From Podospora anserina (taxonomy: Eukaryota): 64,000 nucleotides of DNA. The position numbers and the translations under genes are program-made. Each line of letters begins with the position of its first letter. Positions within the stretch are counted from its first letter, which is position 1. The notes under the pieces were generated by a model that was not told where the DNA came from, searched no databases, and saw only the letters and a list, made by a program, of their open reading frames with translations. Location: assembly GCA_017654855.1 (NCBI GenBank), contig CM030338.1, positions 3,844,001-3,908,000 on the forward strand, given 5' to 3'. Shown here piece by piece: positions 61,825 through 64,000 of the stretch.

Positions 61825-64000
61825 ATGCCCCTCAACAACACCACGAAGCAGGCCGCGGCCGCGGCAGCAGAGGTGGAAACACCAAAGGATTCTCCAACTA
61901 GTACTACGAACGCCCAATCACCCTTGACAGACACGAGCCCTGCTCCGACGACCACAGCCAGCAGAAGGTCTTCTTCGTCCGATGGATTCATATACCCAGA
62001 CTCACCAACATTGGGCGCCACTCGGTCAAGTGGAACAGCAGGTTCAACAGGCACGAACGACGATACTGAGGAGGATAACGATAAGGGGCCCTGGGGCGTC
62101 CCGAAGGTTCACGAATCAGTAGGAATGGCCACGCCAGTTGGACAAGGTGAGTTCAACCATCCAACACTGAGGAAACCCGACCGCTGATTGTCGTACTCTC
62201 TCAGTTTACCCCTTACGGCGGAGCTCACGATTCGCCACGGCCCCTCGCACCCAGTTCAAAGCCAGCCGAACTCCGCACGACCTCCCTTTCAGCAGCAGCT
62301 GTCCCCCAGTCGAGAAAGACTTGGAAGAGCTCTATATCACAGACGAATGCATCATGAGCAGCCAAGAAGAAGAATATCATTCACCGCATCAGCCGCGCCT
62401 CGAGGCTGGGAACCTTCCCGAAACCCCCCCTGACTCGTCGTTCATCAACGACTACCAAGATTATACCTTTATGCGGAGAGCCCAGTCAAGGGGCTTGTTT
62501 GGCATGATGGAGACCATCACCGAGTACTCGGAGGAGTCCGAGTCGATCCACTGCGGTAAAGAAAAAGACGGCGAAGACGAGGTAGCTGTACACCCACCGC
62601 CTCTGGCCCACAGCTATTCTTCCATCACGGCCACCACCAATGTCTCTCGGCCGTCTACCAGACGCGGACGTGAACAAGAACCCCGCGAACCTCTGGACAA
62701 AAGTGAGCCGGAGCCACTGGCACTCGAGGACCGGCTCAACATGCAGGCCTATGTTCGTGCCATGGTCATCTACGGAGGCGGCGCTCCAGAAAGAACGTCG
62801 TCCATTCCCCAACACATCCTCTCGGCGCCAGATGATGGGTCTATTGGGAGCCTGGCCAGCATGCTCACGGCATCAGACGCCAGTCTCAGCACTGGTATCA
62901 GCACCAACCTCACAACCCAGGAGAGTGCCGTCAGTGGGAGGTTGCGTAAAGAGCTCGACCTCATTTCTTCGGCAAGAGGAGCTCCGGCTGGCCCTGGGAG
63001 TCGACCAGCAACGGCCATTGGCAACACCGGACTCCCGGGTATCGACACCTCCAATCCTTTTGCGTTTCTTGCTCCTCGATCTAGTTCTCTTGTCAGCACC
63101 TCCACCATCACGGCCTTCAAGCCAGAACCCAAGCCAAAGGCTATTTCAGAACCTACCTCAGACACCGAGGGAGAGAAGAGGGTGCCAAAGGACTACCTCG
63201 AGGGGCAATGGAACGTCACCCCCGCGTTTCCCGACGAGAGCATCCTCCAGTTCCTCCGGGAGCCATCCGAAGCGAAAGAGGGTGTCTCAAGCAACACACC
63301 CTCACCGTCCTCCTCCAACGCTACCAAAAGAAGCACAAGCACGGTGAAGCTGTCCTCGCTCAAGGAAGATGGCGGCCCTGAAGGGATCGAGACAAAGCGG
63401 GGCTCCGAAGAGACCCTGAAGCTGGAGCAGCCACCGGTACTCTCCTCAGCACTCCAAGATAATGTGCGTCGGTGGTACCTCGAAGAGGTCATGTTCACCC
63501 GCATCATCGCCAAGGCATCCGTCAGCATACGAGCCATGCCGGACATGTCGTACATGTTGGTCCCCGAGACGGTTCGAGCACAGATCCGGCGGCTGGGAGA
63601 GCCGCTCATCCAGTTTGGGTATGAGATCCAGAGGTACTGTCTCGAGTACATCGAGGGATATGACTTGGCGTGGGTGATCCTTCAGTGGCAGCAGTGCCAG
63701 GAGGGGCGGGATGATACGCCCGAGGGGAACACGAAAAGGTGTCAGAGGGACAGCGCAATCGACATGTGTGACCCCCGAGGCTCGCCGGACTGGTCGCACG
63801 CGGGAAGTAGCCAGAGCAGAGCGCGGGTCTCGACGACACGGCTCCCCGCCCAGCTTCAGCTTCCGCCGGTTGAGGAAACGCCGAGGCCTGAGAAGCTGCC
63901 TAACGCCCTAGCCGTCCAGGGATGTGACGATGTGCCACCAAACGACACCCCCAGCCTCGAGGCCGATGCTCGGTCCAACGCCCCATCCTCCACCGCAAGC
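61825..64000 (+). CDS. Hypothetical low-complexity protein, 3'-incomplete (runs off the window)
   Basis: Exon 1 MPLNNTTKQ...VGQ, intron GTGAGT..CTGAT..CAG, then a frame that stays open to base 64000 (...VRRWYLEEVMFTRIIAK...). Confidence 0.7.

Overview
A 64-kb gene-dense window from a filamentous ascomycete. Short GT-AG introns with CTAAC/CTGAC branch sites and RIP-like degraded repeats suggest Sordariales, plausibly Podospora (inference only). From left to right it holds a HeLo-Rho-like GTPase fusion, a secreted BBE-like FAD oxidoreductase, a small GPI-like protein, RIP-damaged and palindromic LTR-like repeats, a DUF3445 protein, a secreted Lys/Gly-rich polycationic protein, and LRR-like, DUF5519 and DUF2855 genes. 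The central ~13 kb lies between two apparently identical 473-bp solo LTRs in inverted orientation. It carries three DUF3328/UstYa-type oxidase genes, an APH-like phosphotransferase and an AsaB/CmcJ-like dioxygenase. It also carries a three-exon, 112-aa secreted-peptide gene (21517-21968, minus strand) that the ORF track misses. Together these form a candidate fungal RiPP (dikaritin-like) cluster with a non-repetitive precursor. The right half has a Dal5-type MFS transporter, a PTH11-like membrane protein, an FAD monooxygenase, a Clr5/zinc-finger gene, a divergent kynureninase-IDO pair, an NmrA-like gene, a caspase-like (peptidase C14) protein and low-complexity unknown proteins. All family calls come from motifs recognised by eye; no database searches were run.
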